A stretch of DNA of 53,751 bases, the filler included, from Sphacelaria rigidula (lineage: Eukaryota), in assembly GCA_964200075.2 (NCBI GenBank). It is 5 parts of 5 records of this genome, joined end to end, with 100 filler letters (N's around TTAATTAATTAA, not from the genome) between each part and the next. Parts side by side here need not be neighbours in the genome. Positions count along the whole stretch, not along the records: positions 43,082 to 53,751 come from CAXNAA020006109.1; 4 more parts are not named here. One strand, 5' to 3'. The position numbers were made by a program, and so were the translations under genes. Shown piece by piece: positions 50,001-53,751 of this stretch (position 1 is its first letter; the number at the start of each line of letters is the position of its first letter). The notes under the pieces are model-generated. The model searched no databases and was not told where the DNA came from. It worked only from the letters and a program-made list of their open reading frames with translations.

Positions 50001-53000
50001 GCGCCTTGCCCGGGTATTCCACCAACCTCGCCCCCCGGGTTGGCCTGCATGACTAGTTCAACGTGTCGGAAGTTGACCTGTTGGGAATGGAGGCGGCGGA
50101 TCGGGAGTTTGTGTAGAGATGGTGATGCTTGATACAATTCTAAAGTTCAATAAACTTCGCGAACATGACAACCAAGCCATGGCAGAAAAGACAACAAACG
50201 CACAATAAGAGGCTCTTGTGGAGCGTACAGTGCGCTCAACACATGTGGAACGCAAGAATGGATTCGTGCCGAGCGTTCCAAGAAAGTGCCTACACTACAC
50301 TGCAGCAGCAATTTCCGCCCCATCACCGAAAGCTTGTCCGCATGAGCTGGTTGCGAATTGTCTACAAAAACCAACCGTCACTAGCGCAGTATCTCTTGCT
50401 TGCCGATCGAAAAGCACCATGTGCACCAACTCAACCTGTGTGCCGACACGTCCTACAAATGGAGAAGTGCACGAATCGCGGAAGCTAGTAACACTTACCA
50501 TTGCCCAGGAATGCCACGCCTTGTAGTTGTCAGGTTCCAGGGCCGTCGCCTTCCTGTAGGCGGAAAAAACCCTCTTGCCTATTTCCTCAGACAACGGCTC
50601 CGTCGGTGCCACGCGGCTCAGCTCCCAGTTGCCCATCTATGCGCACGACATGACGATAAGTGGTCACCACGGACCGCCGAAACATGGTAACACATCTACA
50701 TGAATCAAGCTCGTCCGGCCCAGCAAAAAAGCAACGCTGAGCCGTTTTCACTATCTACGTACGTTTTTTACGCCTGGACCCGACTAGAGGTACCGCCAAG
50801 GCTAAAACCAACCTCCTACATCCAGTTTTTATTGTCAGGGGTTGCAAAACATGCATACATAGATCAGCAAGCTGTAGACGCTCTGTGCGATCCGGCTGTT
50901 GCAAAAAAATCCGTCAAGGCCCTTCTCATGTCGCAACTTGGTCCTAATAAGCACTAGACGATCCGCCCAATTTCATGTCCCCGTCACCCATTTTGTTGAA
51001 GATATCACAATCCATGAACTCATGGTTGTATCATTTTTCCACAGCAATTTGATGCTCCGTTTCTTTGCTCCCATCTGGGCCCAGTACTTGAACCCCGCAT
51101 TTCAAAATCAGATAGCCTTAGTCTTCCTTCTCCTGTTTGGGTTTGTTCTTGCTTCTGTTTTGTTTCTGCTTGGTGTTTTCTTCAGTTTATTCCGTTTGTT
51201 TGTTCCATCTTCTTTTTTTCCCCACTTTTTTTCGGCAAGTGTGTCTGTGTTTTCGTCTCGGTCACGTCAACCTTGTGGATCATTACCACCACTGGGTCCC
51301 TCGGGAATCGGCTAATGTGCAACAATCAAACATACATGGAAAATCAGCCCCATCGACACTGTGTTAACATGTGCTGACAACCACGCATGCGACCACGTTA
51401 ATCGAAGCTAGGATAAATAAAAAAACGTCAACCGAGAGAGCTGCACCAGTGTACGGCACTGTTAGCCCAATACATGAAGAAACGTCAGCATTCTGACTAT
51501 CTCAAGTGTCTGCTGCTTCAGATGGGGAAAGGGGGGGGTGCATCGCATCACACACGCACACCTACTGAAGTTCGATCACACGTTTGGAACAAACACGCAA
51601 CGCAACGCAACGACAGCAAAGCACAGCAAAAAAGGTCGAAAAAAATAAAAAATAAACACAAGCGTTGAAAAAAGAAAAGAAAAAAAGGAGTCGATTCGAG
51701 TAAGTCTTCAATATGGATTGTGCTGTGTTGACAGTGGAGCGTACCTTGAGAAGGCACTTCACATTAAGCGCCGTTTCGTCCATGTCCAGCTTTCCAATCA
51801 GCAAGGACAACTCCTCTAGAGCCTTGTCCATGTGTCCTTCTGCCTTGCGATGTTTGATGTCCGCAAACCTATATGTTGAGTCAGAGAGTCACACGATCAT
51901 ACCAACATACAATCGTCCTGTTTCGGTCGGATTTTGCCTCACAATACGTCGATTTCAAATGGATTTTCTACAGTAGAGTGATGACAAGCATGTCATTGCG
52001 TAAAAAAAGTGTTTCGATATATTGAGGGCAGCAATGCTCATCCATGTCTTCGTCTTCTAGAGGCGCATTCTCTATGGCACCAATGTTGAAAAGTATAGTT
52101 GATAACGTTAACTCCCTCACTTTTGGATCTTGTTGACTCATTTTGTTAATTCATAACACGAACACCCACGGAAGCAAACAAACGCTCCCATTGCGAGAGA
52201 TTTATTCGTGCGACATACCGGAGTAGGTTAGTGACTTTGATGCTCCGGCTAGCCTCATAGTCAGGCCGGGTATGTCTGGGGTCGGGGGCACCTCCCTGCT
52301 CGTCCCGTGGGGCGGATGCCAACCCTAAGGGAGCTGTGAGCACCTACAATGTTTGCGGGTAAGATCAAGTACAGTCAAGACGGGATTGGAAGGATTGTGA
52401 GCACCGGCAACGGGGTTCAAGCGAGGATACGCGACGATAGCAGCCAGGTGGGGCTGCTGCGAGCACCTGCAAACGTTGTGGAGTACGGTGTAAGGGGCAG
52501 AAGCGCATGCCATGACAGGCCAACATTCCGTTACACTGCTTGAACGGTGCCCCAATCCTTCACGGGCAAGCGCTTGTTGAATGCCACGACACAGGATGTT
52601 CTGTTATTTTTCAGGGGAGGGCTTCTTCCTTCATACGGCTTGGTCACCACGCTCAATATGTGGGAAACGACAGTGATCTCCGGGTGATAGGCCGGTCAGC
52701 TCTCTCGCTCTGAAGGATAGAAAGGTTCATTCTGAGTTTGTGTGGCTTTCCTGCTAACGTTACATGGCTCAATTCCAATGTCAATGCGCGGATGCTCCTG
52801 CTGTCCAGACCACATATCTACGCCGAAAGGCTTCAATTTCCGGGATACCGTATCAAGACAAGAGCCACACAAGAGCAACGGAAACGCGAGCGTGCCCCGA
52901 GCGTCACGTCAATACAGCCTGAGATGTCCCGGACGAATTCAATATGCAGTCACTGTCCTCTCATCTACATTGATTTGCATATACTTAGACGACGCCTGCT

Positions 53001-53487
53001 CGACTATCGGAAATCTATGCACAATATTTCATGAGGCACGGAGGGGTGCAGTTGATGTATGACCGAAAACACACCTCGCAGGAAACATCATCACCAACCA
53101 ACCGATCATCACGGGCACATGAGTTCACCTACACAAGAAGCTTACACCTGGCGCGGGAACGTGGTGAAAAACACATGTCGACCGTGCACCAATTTTTCCA
53201 CCTCAGCACCCCACCACGTTGTCCATCGTGACCATTGATGCAAGAGCAACATGCACCACGTTTTGAACTCATGCCGTATTTTCACTTCACTACACGTCAT
53301 CGCGCGTCAACAAAGCAATTCGTACGGACTCTCGACATATCAGTACCTTCTTAGCTATGCGGAAGTTCTTGGTGATGCGGCAAAGACTGGCGAAGTTTAG
53401 CCAAGCGTGTATGTCCTGCTCAGGGGTGAGAACCAGGCCGCGCAAGGTCAGGATGTCCTGCATGACTTTCACCTCCGGCGCGCAACC
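44062..53487 (-). CDS. TOR: Target of rapamycin kinase, partial: 13 exons covering the FAT C-terminus, FRB and start of the kinase N-lobe
   Basis: Phase-compatible exons: 53347-53487, 52219-52343, 51745-51868, 50499-50636, 49908-50077, 49189-49300, 48256-48471, 47472-47582, 47055-47143, 46681-46783, 46206-46271, 44768-44884, 44062-44193. Motifs [78 protein letters not shown]. Confidence 0.97.
44768..47143 (-). CDS. TOR: TOR FRB (FKBP12-rapamycin binding) domain, four exons
   Basis: [118 protein letters not shown]. Confidence 0.95.
45845..45882 (-). mobile_element. 38 bp LINE 3'-end insertion with 17 bp TSD
   Basis: Flanked by acacgcacgcagggggg at 45828-45844 and 45883-45899. Confidence 0.9.
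48936..49003 (-). mobile_element. ~67 bp LINE 3'-end insertion in a TOR intron
   Basis: cgtactcatttgttgcttgcc..gaccacggattccttcgagacggagcaccg. Confidence 0.8.
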
Positions 53488-53751
53488 CTGAGGCGCAAAA
53501 ATCATCACGAAAAGAAGGAGGGGGAAAACACCGGCATGTTCGCGGGTGGCGTGGTTACTGTTGTCCCTCCCGACGTCTCGTTGTTTTGCCACAACTGCTA
53601 GCATCCCTTGTTTGATATTCGGGAATTCGTTCCGACACAAAACACGCACGATGTGTGTTGTGTGCGTTGTCGTCCCATTTATTCTGGGCGTCAGTCTACC
53701 CCTTTCGGGATATGTGGGCGCATCAGCCGAGGTCACACAGGAGGAAGGTCA

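Overview
Repeat-rich eukaryotic DNA, most likely a brown alga (Phaeophyceae); this is inferred from stramenopile-style histones, an intron-rich TOR gene and the repeat families. The window is not one locus. It consists of five pieces of 10,671/10,670/10,670/10,670/10,670 bp joined by identical N44-TTAATTAATTAA-N44 linkers, consistent with size-sorted unplaced scaffolds. Piece 1 holds a decayed Ty3/Gypsy LTR retrotransposon with a chromodomain integrase, an extra RT/RNase H relic upstream of gag-pol, and a 3x repeated three-hairpin motif at the end of pol. Piece 2 holds a divergent intronless H2B/H2A pair with a histone 3' stem-loop, an RTE-like LINE fragment and a hAT transposase relic. Pieces 3-4 are mostly SINEs, MITEs and LINE ends, plus one orphan exon. 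Piece 5 holds 13 exons of TOR kinase (FAT to FRB), with a GC-AG intron and His at the rapamycin-contact position F2039. The most unusual signals are tail-less LINE micro-insertions into G-runs in two discrete size classes, a TTAGGG-bearing mobile core flanked by different inverted repeats in different copies, and the stem-conserved triple-hairpin array. All alignments were made by eye.
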